64,000 nt of DNA from Terriglobia bacterium (GCA_050012175.1 JBEKHR010000029.1:1205-65204); one strand, 5' to 3'; shown: positions 37,419 to 45,604, numbered from the stretch's first letter. Numbers and translations: made by a program. The notes: generated from the letters alone by a model not told the origin.

Positions 37419-37447
37419 TGTATAGTGACACCGATTTATCTTGTCAA
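37419..37447 (-). promoter_or_regulatory. candidate sigma-70-type promoter of the micro-ORF unit
   Basis: On the minus strand: TTGACA (37447-37442), 17-nt spacer, TATACA (37424-37419). The predicted transcript is about 155-160 nt and includes the hairpin CGCCAGCGTTGCTGGCG (37383-37399). Confidence 0.45.
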
Positions 37448-37716
37448 GAAGAAAGTGAGGTTCGCGACAAAAAAAATGAAATTTCGATACCCGAAACTGG
37501 AAAATTAGAATGCGCGGAGACATCTGCGAGGATTATTCTCCACCTCCGGTCAGTACGGAACAACCATCGCGAAGGCAACGACGGGATTGCGGACTCACCT
37601 CAGCCGCATGTTCAGCAGAAAACTCGAGGCGCAGGGTATGTGGATGGAGTCATCTCCGGACCGGGTATGCCTATAATGGGCAAAAACGCGGAGCTTGGCC
37701 GCTGCATCTAAGAAGC

Positions 37717-38757
37717 ATGGCGAGAAAATTGAAGATTAGAGATCGTCACCGTACCCCATATCTCCCTCCGCTGGCAGGCAGGACGTACACGCCCATCATT
37801 CTCGGGGTGGTCTTCCTGGCGCTGGCAAGTGTTCCGGGTTTGAGCCAGGAGAAAGCTGAGCAGGAACCGCCGGCCACCATAAGAGTATCGACGGAAGTCG
37901 TGAGCGTGTACGCCGTGGTGGAGGATAAGAAGAAGCACCTGATCCCGGACTTGAAGAAAGAGGATTTCGAACTCGAGGAAGACGGGAGACCCCAGGAGAT
38001 TCGCTACTTCTCGCGTGAAGCTGACACCCCTATTACCATGGGAATCATGGTGGACACCAGCCCCAGCCAAGGAAAGGTGCTGGGCATTGAGCAGGAAGAG
38101 GCAAAGGCCTTTCTGCATCAGGTGATGCGTGTCAAGGACTTGGCTTTTGTCCTGCATTTTGATGTGGAGGTAGAACTCCTCCAGGATTTCACGGCCGATC
38201 AGCGATTGCTCGGACACGCCATCGATGAGACAGTGATCAATGGCGGCGCGCATGGCGTGCTGCCGTCACCCCTGCCCACGGGCGACTCCGGCGGCGCCAC
38301 CCACCTTTACGACGCCGTCTATTTAGCCTCCAACGAGCTTCTGAAGAACGAAGTGGGGCGCAAGGTACTTATCCTCCTGACGGACGGCGAAGACCAGGGG
38401 AGCAAGGTCAAGCTGCAGACCGCCCTGGAGGCCGCGCAAAAATCGGATGTGATCAACTATTCCGTCGCCATCATTGACCGCTCCTTCTATTGGGGACACG
38501 CGATGGGCTTCGGTGGGGATTCCGTATTGAAAAAGCTCTCGGACGACACCGGTGGAAGCGTTCTCGAAGTGAACCGCGCCAAAGATACCTCGGCGGCGTT
38601 TCAGCAAATTGCCCGCGAATTGCGAACTCAATACCTGCTCGGATATACGCCTACGAACACCAAGCACGATGGGTCTTATCGCAAGATCCGGGTGCAAGTT
38701 CGCAATGGGGACTACAGAGTTCAGGCCCGGCGGGGTTATTACGCACCCACACAGTAG
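37717..38757 (+). CDS. secreted VWA-domain protein (acidobacterial VWFA-related family)
   Basis: Start at MARKLKIRDRH... followed by a TM/signal segment. IRVSTEVVSVYAVVEDKKKHLIPDLKKEDFELEEDGRPQEIRYF; C-terminal ...DGSYRKIRVQVRNGDYRVQARRGYYA. The ORF track start at 37510 is judged too far upstream. Confidence 0.8.
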   Translation: MARKLKIRDRHRTPYLPPLAGRTYTPIILGVVFLALASVPGLSQEKAEQEPPATIRVSTEVVSVYAVVEDKKKHLIPDLKKEDFELEEDGRPQEIRYFSREADTPITMGIMVDTSPSQGKVLGIEQEEAKAFLHQVMRVKDLAFVLHFDVEVELLQDFTADQRLLGHAIDETVINGGAHGVLPSPLPTGDSGGATHLYDAVYLASNELLKNEVGRKVLILLTDGEDQGSKVKLQTALEAAQKSDVINYSVAIIDRSFYWGHAMGFGGDSVLKKLSDDTGGSVLEVNRAKDTSAAFQQIARELRTQYLLGYTPTNTKHDGSYRKIRVQVRNGDYRVQARRGYYAPTQ

Positions 38758-38857
38758 GGAACAGGGAACAGGGAATAGGGAACAGGGAGTGCGCACCCAC
38801 GGAGTAGGGATCAGGTTACGGGTTAACAGGAATGACAGGCTTTTCCCTGTTCCCTGG
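38756..38857. repeat. heptad-repeat hairpin (GGGAACA units) between the convergent VWA genes
   Basis: TAGGGAACAGGGAACAGGGAATAGGGAACAGGGA ... TCCCTGTTCCCTGG. CGCACCCAC(A/G)(C/G)AGTAGGGA is also duplicated directly, at 38741 and 38791. Confidence 0.6.
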
Positions 38858-38863
38858 CACCTG

Positions 38864-39826
38864 CTATTGAGACAGCGCGAAATAACCGTTCTTGGCCCGC
38901 ACGCGCAGGCTTTTATCGACAGGCTGGATGGTGATGCTGCGGAATGTCCCATCGTGGGCAGCGTTCGTTGAAACGTAGGCCAAGCTGTATTGATTGCGGA
39001 GCTCGCGGGCGATTTCATGAAAATCCGCGGCCAAATCACCTGCCTCGAAGGGAAAGAAGGCATGGCCCCCGGTTACCTCCGCCAGCCGGTGCAGGACTTT
39101 GTCCCCCCGTCCCTCCGAGCCCGTGCGGTTGGTGCTGATGGTGAAAACTGTAACCTCAGCACGCTGCGCCATGGCCAGTGCCTCTTCCCGAGTATGCACG
39201 CTCTGATTATCCTCCCCGTCGCTGACGATGATCATGACCCGGCGCAGGTAAGGTTCAGGCGGCGGAAAGAAGAGCATCTTCTCCTTGCATGAGAAAAAGA
39301 CAGCATCGAAGAGGCTCGTAACACCCCCGGCCTGAAGGCCCTGAATGGCGTTCGAGAGTTTCTCGATGTCGTCCGTGTAATCCTGGACAAGCTGGGGTTC
39401 CACGTCAAAAGCCACCACGAAGGCGAGGTCTTTGCCGGGGCGCACCGCTATGTTCAAGAAATCGATAGCTGCTTCCTGTTCAAAGTGTAGCCGGGCGCGA
39501 ATACTGTTGCTGGCGTCGACCAAGATCCCGATGCGTAAGGGGAGGTCGGTCTCGCGGCTGAAGAAGCGGATGTCTTGGGGCTTGCCGTCCTCGAAGATTC
39601 GGAAGTCGTCTTTGGTGAGGTCGGTGACGAGCCGGTTCTTCTTGTCGGTAACGGTCGTGAGTACGTTGACCAGTTCAACGCGCACCTTGATTCGATTCTG
39701 GTCGTTGGAAGACTGAGAATTATTGCTGTTTGACCCACCGGCGGTGTCTTGTGCGAAGAGTCCTGCCCCCGGGACGCAGAAGAGTAAGAGGAAGAAGAGC
39801 GGTTTTTTCATCCTTGAGTTCTCCAC
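38864..39826 (-). CDS. secreted VWA-domain protein (acidobacterial VWFA-related family)
   Basis: Signal peptide KKPLFFLLLFCVPGAGLFA. IKVRVELVNVLTTVTDKKNRLVTDLTKDDFRIFEDGKPQDIRFF; C-terminal DGTFRSITIQPVDKSLRVRAKNGYFA. Confidence 0.82.
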   Translation of the reverse strand: MENSRMKKPLFFLLLFCVPGAGLFAQDTAGGSNSNNSQSSNDQNRIKVRVELVNVLTTVTDKKNRLVTDLTKDDFRIFEDGKPQDIRFFSRETDLPLRIGILVDASNSIRARLHFEQEAAIDFLNIAVRPGKDLAFVVAFDVEPQLVQDYTDDIEKLSNAIQGLQAGGVTSLFDAVFFSCKEKMLFFPPPEPYLRRVMIIVSDGEDNQSVHTREEALAMAQRAEVTVFTISTNRTGSEGRGDKVLHRLAEVTGGHAFFPFEAGDLAADFHEIARELRNQYSLAYVSTNAAHDGTFRSITIQPVDKSLRVRAKNGYFALSQ

Positions 39827-39954
39827 TAACCATAATAATTATAGGGACGGCAGGCGCGACAGTCAATGAAGGCAAGGCGCGCAGGCACGGCTCCGTCAAA
39901 GTCAGGGTGGTCGGAGGCACCGAAACTGGCGCCGCGATCCCATCCGCGCGGGCT

Positions 39955-40124
39955 GCGGCTCTGCCGCCTGCTGTGCGGAAAGCCTCCGGCTTTCCGGCCG
40001 AGCCCGCCTTATTCCACCTCTCGGCTCAGGCTGGAAGGCTCAGCCTTCCAGCCTGAGCCGAGGGGTGCAGGGCGGAAGCGCACGGAAAGGCAAAGCCTTT
40101 CCGCACAGCAGGCGGCAGAGCCGC
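39955..40124. repeat. 170-bp nested cruciform element
   Basis: 28-bp perfect outer arms GCGGCTCTGCCGCCTGCTGTGCGGAAAG (39955-39982) and CTTTCCGCACAGCAGGCGGCAGAGCCGC (40097-40124). A 43-bp perfect inner palindrome lies at 40020-40062, with two GGAAAG...CTTTCC mini-hairpins. Confidence 0.75.
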
Positions 40125-40251
40125 GTCGAATGTTACACCTCGGGGACTTTGACGCAACCCTGGGCGCGCGAGAAGAGCCGTCTGCCGAAGACACGCGCCG
40201 GCTTTTGCCGGGAGCCGGGATTCAAGACTGGGCGGAAGCAACGAGGGGAAT

Positions 40252-40523
40252 AGCGCCCGGGTCCTGGACCCCTTTAAGGTACGACGTCGCCCCCGCGCAA
40301 GCCTGAGCGTGTCCCACATCTCTCGCTGGACACAGCGGTCCCACGTCTGTCTTCTGCCTCTTTCCCGTGGAGAAAGGGACACGGTCCTTGCCCTCTCCCC
40401 AAGGGAGAGGGCTAAGTTTCTGACTTCTGTCCCCTGTGCCCAGCCCAACATGTGGGTAAAGACCAGGCGCAAGCGGGGGTCTACCTGCCGCCAACAGCGC
40501 CCGGGTCCTGGACCGCTTTAAGG
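40252..40523. repeat. 28-bp direct repeats (27/28 identical) bracketing a 216-bp segment at the 3' end of thiI
   Basis: AGCGCCCGGGTCCTGGACC(C/G)CTTTAAGG at 40252-40279 and 40496-40523. The second copy encodes the last residues of ThiI. The enclosed segment carries a GGGAGAGGG palindrome (40391-40411). Confidence 0.6.
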
Positions 40524-41761
40524 GCGGGCAGTAGCTTTTCAAAGCGCCGAGGCAGCCCCTCCCGCGTGGTCACCGACCCTCGCTCGAACTTGAAACTCCT
40601 TACGGTTGTGGCCTCGAGACCCATCCTGAGCAAGGCAGCAACGTCGAGCCCCGCCTCGGCCCGGTCGAGCTGCTCGGGCTGAGCAAAGATGGCAGGCGCG
40701 CGCGGCATGAAGCGAGGGCAGCAGTCCTCAAAGGGTTCGCAGGAGATCTTGTAAGTCCCGATCTGCCGGGCCAGGCGCAGTATCTCCGACTTGTCGTCGC
40801 CCGCCAGGGGGCGATAGATGGGGAAGTCAAGGCCGTGGTCAATGGCCGCCAAGTTATGCAGCGTCTGTGAGGCTACCTGCGAGACGCTGTCTCCGGTCAC
40901 GAGCCCCATCGCGTGCTCAGCCCGGGCAATCTCTCGCGCGATGCGCGCCATCATGCGGCGGTAAAGCAGCACGCGAAAGCTCTCCGGCGCTGCCGCAACG
41001 ATTTGGCGCTGCACGGCGTCAAAGGGAACCAAGTAAAGCCGTGAGGTGAACTGGTAGGGTGTGAGGGTCCTAACAATTTCTTCCGCCACGCCCCTTGATG
41101 AATCCCGTGAGGGAGAGGGGCTTCCGAAGAAGTGCGCGAAAGCAGCGTGGCAGCCGCGCCGCATCATCTTGTAGGCAGCCACCGCGGAATCAAACCCGCC
41201 GGAAAGCAAGACGACGAGCCGGCCACTCGTGACGGCAGGCAGGCCGCCGGCTCCTTCCACCCGATCTGAATAGATAAGAGCTTTCCCAGGGACAACCTCG
41301 ACCCAACACGTTACCTCCGGGTTCGTGAGTTTCACCTGGACGCTCGGGTCCCTCGCTCGCAAAGAGTCCAGGATGACCCGCCCGAGCTGGCGCTCCAACT
41401 CCATGGAATTCATGCCATATCCTGTCTCGGCGATCTTGGCGCGTACGGCGAAATTGCGCGGGTTCTTTTCCGCCATCATGGCGCAAGCCGCAGGACCCAA
41501 TTCAGCAAGCGAACTCGGAACCTCGCGGGCCAGTGCAATGTAGGCGAGACCAAAAACCCGGCGTAAACGCTCCAGGATAGCAGGCGCTGCGGATTCGTCC
41601 CCAGGGACAAGCAGGAAGCGTTCTGCAGTGCGGCCGAGCGATTGGACCGGCAAGTCACAGACACTCTGCTTGATGGCGGAGTGTAGGCGGCTGAGGAAGT
41701 AGTTCTTGTTCCCACCTTTAAGCCAGATTTCGTGGTAGTGAAGAATGAAAACTCGGTTCAT
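40481..41761 (-). CDS. thiI: tRNA 4-thiouridine(8) synthase / sulfurtransferase ThiI (no rhodanese domain)
   Basis: MNRVFILHYHEIWLKGGNKNYF (THUMP-type N-terminus) and the PP-loop LLSGGFDSAVAAY. Confidence 0.88.
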   Translation of the reverse strand: MNRVFILHYHEIWLKGGNKNYFLSRLHSAIKQSVCDLPVQSLGRTAERFLLVPGDESAAPAILERLRRVFGLAYIALAREVPSSLAELGPAACAMMAEKNPRNFAVRAKIAETGYGMNSMELERQLGRVILDSLRARDPSVQVKLTNPEVTCWVEVVPGKALIYSDRVEGAGGLPAVTSGRLVVLLSGGFDSAVAAYKMMRRGCHAAFAHFFGSPSPSRDSSRGVAEEIVRTLTPYQFTSRLYLVPFDAVQRQIVAAAPESFRVLLYRRMMARIAREIARAEHAMGLVTGDSVSQVASQTLHNLAAIDHGLDFPIYRPLAGDDKSEILRLARQIGTYKISCEPFEDCCPRFMPRAPAIFAQPEQLDRAEAGLDVAALLRMGLEATTVRSFKFERGSVTTREGLPRRFEKLLPALKAVQDPGAVGGR

Positions 41762-42399
41762 GCGCTTCTGACCGCCTTTTTCTGCTTTCTAGTTTCTGAT
41801 TTCTCTTTTGCTTCTGGGCGGCCCCGTGGTCGTTCTTTCCCCCAGCGCTTGAAGGCCTCGCGCATTTCAGGTTCGGGGTCAATGCCCAGGGCGTCGGCAA
41901 CTCGATTGATGTAGTTGAAGTAGGAAATGACCTCGACGGCGTCCAGGATGTCGCGGTCCGTGAGTCCAAATTTGCGCAGGCTTTCCACTTCTCGGCGGCG
42001 CACCGCAGCGGGCGTGCGCGCCACCCGCACGGCGAACTTGCACAGCGCCTTTTGGCGGGCGGAAAGTTTCGCCCGGCGGTAATCATGCTTGACGTGCTCG
42101 GCCAGCTTTTCGTCTCCTGTTTCCTGACGGAGATCCTCCCCGTGCGCCTCGATTCAATAGAAGCAGTGGTTGGCCTGGGAGACAACCGTGGCCAGCATTT
42201 CGCGTTCGGCGCGCGAAAGACCTGAAGGACCGTGCATCGTGGCCAGATACAAATTCATGGACGCGCACAGGCTCTCGGGGTTCAGGCTTTGAACCTTCAG
42301 GATGTTGAAAACCTTGCCGGCCCGTTTCATCGCCTTGTCATACTCAAGCTTCAGTCCGCCTGTGGCGTCCTCGGGTTCGATGGTTTTGATCCACGGCAT
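41758..42399 (-). CDS. AhpD/carboxymuconolactone-decarboxylase-family 'peroxidase-related' protein with an in-frame TGA (42156-42154) at the second Cys of CxxC; candidate selenoprotein or recent pseudogene
   Basis: MPWIKTIEPEDATGGL...LSRAEREMLATVVSQANHCFY-TGA-IEAHGEDLRQ...LSARQKALCKFAVRVARTPAAV...LTDRDILDAVEVISYFNYINRVADALGI. The two ORF-track pieces (42154-42504 and 41758-42030) are in the same frame, with no other stop between them. The stop overlaps the thiI ATG (ATGA). Confidence 0.6.
42127..42143 (-). promoter_or_regulatory. SECIS-like hairpin downstream of the in-frame UGA
   Basis: mRNA ACGGGG-AGGAU-CUCCGU: a 6-bp stem (one G-U pair) with a G-containing apical loop. The loop lies about 20 nt 3' of the UGA. 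Confidence 0.35.
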
Positions 42400-42536
42400 G
42401 TCGATACCCTCATTACGAGGCTGGATTTCGAGAATTGGGGCGCAACGCTCGTATTGTAACCCTGCGCCTCTTCCGGAAGGGACAATCCTCGAAAAGCCAC
42501 GCATCCAGCCCAGAACCCGCGCACGATTCGTACAAT

Positions 42537-42702
42537 CCGAATTCGAAAGTTCGCAGCCGCCGTTCGAGCCGAATCACTTGATTCGAGGCCCGTTTGACGC
42601 AGATACCGGAGGAACAAAATCGTGCGGCGCCGGGCGTAGGGGCACAGCGCGCTGTGCCCCTACAAGATGCACATCACACCCACGCTAACTTCCGAATTCG
42701 GG
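42537..42702. mobile_element. MITE-like element with CCGAATTCGAAAGTT / AACTTCCGAATTCGG terminal inverted repeats (copy 1)
   Basis: 166 bp. Carries an internal GTAGGGGCACAGCGCGCTGTGCCCCTAC hairpin (42636-42663). A second, longer copy lies at 57763-58010. Confidence 0.75.
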
Positions 42703-42769
42703 TGCAATGAATCACTGAATCAATTCCTCGAGCCTGCCCGGGTTGTCCGGTCGGCATAGACAGAGTAGA

Positions 42770-43675
42770 ATGACAGGAATGAGTGATTTGGTCCAGATTG
42801 CCTCAGCTCCCGCCCAGGTGCGCAAGCCCGAATGGCTGAAGGTGCGCGTTCCCGCCGGGGAGAACTACTTTGAGCTGAGGCATTTGATGCGCGGGCTCGG
42901 GTTGCATACGGTGTGTGAAAGCGCGCGTTGCCCGAACGTCGGCGAGTGCTGGGCGCATCGAACCGCCACTTTCATGATACTTGGCGAGCTTTGCACCCGC
43001 CGCTGCGGCTTCTGCGCCGTGCCCAAAGGCCTCCCACAGGGTGAGGTTGACTGGGAGGAACCGGAAAGAGTGGCGGAAGCGGCGTCGAAGATGGGTTTGA
43101 AGTATGTCGTGGTCACTTCCGTCGACCGGGACGACTTGAAAGATGGTGGGGCCACGATATTCGCCCGGACGATTGCGGCCCTTCGCCGGCACATTGCCGG
43201 GTGCCAGGTAGAAGTTCTGATCCCCGACTTCCGCGGGTCTGACGAAGCTCTGGAAACCGTGCTGCGTGCTCAACCCGACATCCTGAACCACAACACCGAA
43301 ACTGTCCCTCGCCTTTACCCGGTGGCGCGGCGTGGTTCCCGCTACGAGCGGTCCCTGCGCTTGCTTCGACGCTCACGTCAAATCGCTCCTTCCATCTCAA
43401 CCAAGTCCGGCCTCATGGTGGGCCTTGGGGAAACGTTTGAAGAACTGCTGGCGGTGCTGAGGGATTTAAGTGTTGTGGGGGTCGATATCGTCACGATTGG
43501 CCAGTATTTGCGCCCCTCCGGTGAGCAGTTGCCTGTGGCGCGCTTTTATTCCCCCCAAGAATTTTCCACTCTTAAGCAGGAAGGTCTCCGCCTGGGGATC
43601 CGTCACGTCGAGTCCGGCCCTCTCGTTCGCAGCTCCTACCACGCCCACGAGCAAACCCAAAAACTGAATCGATAA
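42770..43675 (+). CDS. lipA: lipoyl synthase
   Basis: KPEWLKVRVP...CESARCPNVGECW...CTRRCGFCAV...SGLMVGLGET. The ATG at 42770 is preferred over the TTG at 42743. Confidence 0.93.
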   Translation: MTGMSDLVQIASAPAQVRKPEWLKVRVPAGENYFELRHLMRGLGLHTVCESARCPNVGECWAHRTATFMILGELCTRRCGFCAVPKGLPQGEVDWEEPERVAEAASKMGLKYVVVTSVDRDDLKDGGATIFARTIAALRRHIAGCQVEVLIPDFRGSDEALETVLRAQPDILNHNTETVPRLYPVARRGSRYERSLRLLRRSRQIAPSISTKSGLMVGLGETFEELLAVLRDLSVVGVDIVTIGQYLRPSGEQLPVARFYSPQEFSTLKQEGLRLGIRHVESGPLVRSSYHAHEQTQKLNR

Positions 43676-43692
43676 GTCAGTGAACCAAGGGC

Positions 43693-44709
43693 CTAATGTC
43701 CCGACCGGCGCGCCAGAGCTTGCTCGGCTTCCTGGTGGAGAGGTTTCCATACCTCCGATTTGGGATGGGCGGTTTCGTCGATCACCTGCCGGTAGAGTGC
43801 CTCGCCCTCCTTGACCTGTCCCATGCGGATCTCAATGCTCCCAGCAAGCAATTTCCAAAGCGGGTTGTGGGGATACTGCTGCTCCATCTGGCGAAGCAGT
43901 TCCAGGGATCTTGCGAACTGCCGATCGATCGGACGGGAGTAGTTCTTGGCAAGGTGGAATTTCGCCTCCGAAGACACGAGTTGCCCTTTTTCCATTGCCT
44001 CCTGGATTTGGCGGAGACCTTCAAGGCGGTCGCCGCCCGGAAGCAGAATCAAAAAGCGCAGCATCTTCACATAGGTTGGCAACGTGTCCTCGAAGTAGTT
44101 GTACAGCCCGACTCCAAAGTAGGCATCCTTAAGGTTGGGATCGAGCTTCAGCGCGGCGAGAGAAAAACTCCGCAACTTCTTGCCGCTGCGGGCAGTTGCC
44201 AGGACGTGGTCCCGTAAAGCTTCCAACCGCGCCCGCAGTCCGTAGGCCAAGCCCTCGTAAAAGTAACTGCGCGCTTCATCCTGATGCGCGTGGAGGCGCG
44301 TTTCGGCTTTGCGGATTGCCAGTTCATCCAACCGCCTGAAATCGCCGTCGTAAGGAGTGACGGCTTCGGAAAGAGCCTCGAAAACGTCCGGGTCAATCAG
44401 ATTGGCCTCGGTCAAGTAAATCTTCCACCAGTTCGCATCGGCCTCGAGAAGGTAGCCGAGAGGCGACTCGGGATCGGACTTCTGGATCTGGCGGAAGATT
44501 CCCATCGCATGGTCGAAGTCGCCGTCCATGAGTTTATTCATCCCGCGGACGGCAATCTCCTGGTTTCTCACTTCGTCTGCCGTCCCGGCCCCCCAAGCAA
44601 ACTTCACAGTTCCACAACTAACGGTGACCCACAAAAGGATCAGTGCCAGCAGATTCGGTAGTTGAATTCTTCTCATTGAGGCTGCACTCGTGTCCAAAGA
44701 CCCTGCCAC
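43693..44709 (-). CDS. secreted TPR-like repeat protein, unknown function
   Basis: Signal-like N-terminus (LLALILLWVTVSCG), then helical repeats resembling TPR (AYFGVGLYNYF, EAKFHLAKNY, GEALYRQVI). The start could be the Met at 44676. Confidence 0.6.
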   Translation of the reverse strand: MAGSLDTSAASMRRIQLPNLLALILLWVTVSCGTVKFAWGAGTADEVRNQEIAVRGMNKLMDGDFDHAMGIFRQIQKSDPESPLGYLLEADANWWKIYLTEANLIDPDVFEALSEAVTPYDGDFRRLDELAIRKAETRLHAHQDEARSYFYEGLAYGLRARLEALRDHVLATARSGKKLRSFSLAALKLDPNLKDAYFGVGLYNYFEDTLPTYVKMLRFLILLPGGDRLEGLRQIQEAMEKGQLVSSEAKFHLAKNYSRPIDRQFARSLELLRQMEQQYPHNPLWKLLAGSIEIRMGQVKEGEALYRQVIDETAHPKSEVWKPLHQEAEQALARRSGH

Positions 44710-45604
44710 GAAGGCCGAGCAGAAACTCGTACATCACCAAGCATTCTAGCGCGAACGGAGGAAAACCAAGGAATCCCGGTACAGGCATTTCAAAGACCTT
44801 CCAATTTTGCCACATCGGAAAGACGTATAACCACTTGGCGCTGGCCCAGTAGTTCCAGAACTCCCAGAGGATTCCACACACAAGCCCGGAACAGAGGTAG
44901 GCATTGAGCCGGCTTATTTCACCCTGTTCCAGGTCACGCAACAAGGAGCGCCCTCCCCAGGAATAATTGATGGGGTCGAGCACCAGGATGAACCCTACCC
45001 AAACTGCCCCGAACAAACAGCCTCCTATGCGTGGAGGCGCGAGCAGGGGAAGCGTAAGGCATGCCAAGCCAAGGGAAAAAAAGGCGATGTGTCTGGAAGG
45101 GCGAAAGGCACATGCGGCTTCCCGTTTATCTCGACTCAAACCCAGCGCCGAAATCAGGTCCGCGGTCTCGAAGACGGCGGGCCAGATGGTCGCAAATGAC
45201 CAGGTGAAACCCAGTCCGCGAAGGAGCGGATTTTGAGGCAGTCCGACGTAAGTCCAGTTTCCAAGGCGCAGGTTGTAGGCCTCAAAAACCAACCACAGGG
45301 GTACAGAACAACAAGCCAGGCCCAAAAAACTGCGCAGTGAGTTACGGATGCGAGACGAACCCTTCAGGCTGCACACCAGCGAATCGGCAAAGAGCAGATA
45401 GCCCGTCCACACGATGGGCGTAAAGAAGACTTCGACCCAGCGAACGCGCAAGAACAGCAGCAACTCTGCGAGCAGAATAATTGCAAGTCCCGACCAACCC
45501 CACGCCGGGACGGAAGCTTTTTTCTGAGTGGAGTATCTCCAGCCCAGCGTGCCTAGCGTCGCCGTCAGCATCACGATGCCTAAAAGGATGTGATTCCCGT
45601 TCAT
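44618..45604 (-). CDS. polytopic integral membrane protein, unknown function
   Basis: About 8 hydrophobic helices; Trp-rich motif WEFWNYWASAKWLYVFP. Start placed at MNGNHILLGIVML; the ORF track extends to 45658. The 3' end overlaps the next gene. Confidence 0.6.
   Translation of the reverse strand: MNGNHILLGIVMLTATLGTLGWRYSTQKKASVPAWGWSGLAIILLAELLLFLRVRWVEVFFTPIVWTGYLLFADSLVCSLKGSSRIRNSLRSFLGLACCSVPLWLVFEAYNLRLGNWTYVGLPQNPLLRGLGFTWSFATIWPAVFETADLISALGLSRDKREAACAFRPSRHIAFFSLGLACLTLPLLAPPRIGGCLFGAVWVGFILVLDPINYSWGGRSLLRDLEQGEISRLNAYLCSGLVCGILWEFWNYWASAKWLYVFPMWQNWKVFEMPVPGFLGFPPFALECLVMYEFLLGLRGRVFGHECSLNEKNSTTESAGTDPFVGHR

Noticed and set aside
37154-37711. 185-aa plus-strand ORF between rmuC and the VWA gene
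   Set aside because: It starts inside heptad repeats, crosses the minus-strand promoter/micro-ORF/terminator unit and an AT-rich stretch, and has an implausible sequence. The VWA gene start at 37717 is better supported.
39866-40542. Several 60-150-aa ORFs on both strands (39866-40306, 40026-40472, 40222-40542)
   Set aside because: They are mirror-image translations of the 170-bp cruciform and neighbouring palindromic repeats. They are not coding.
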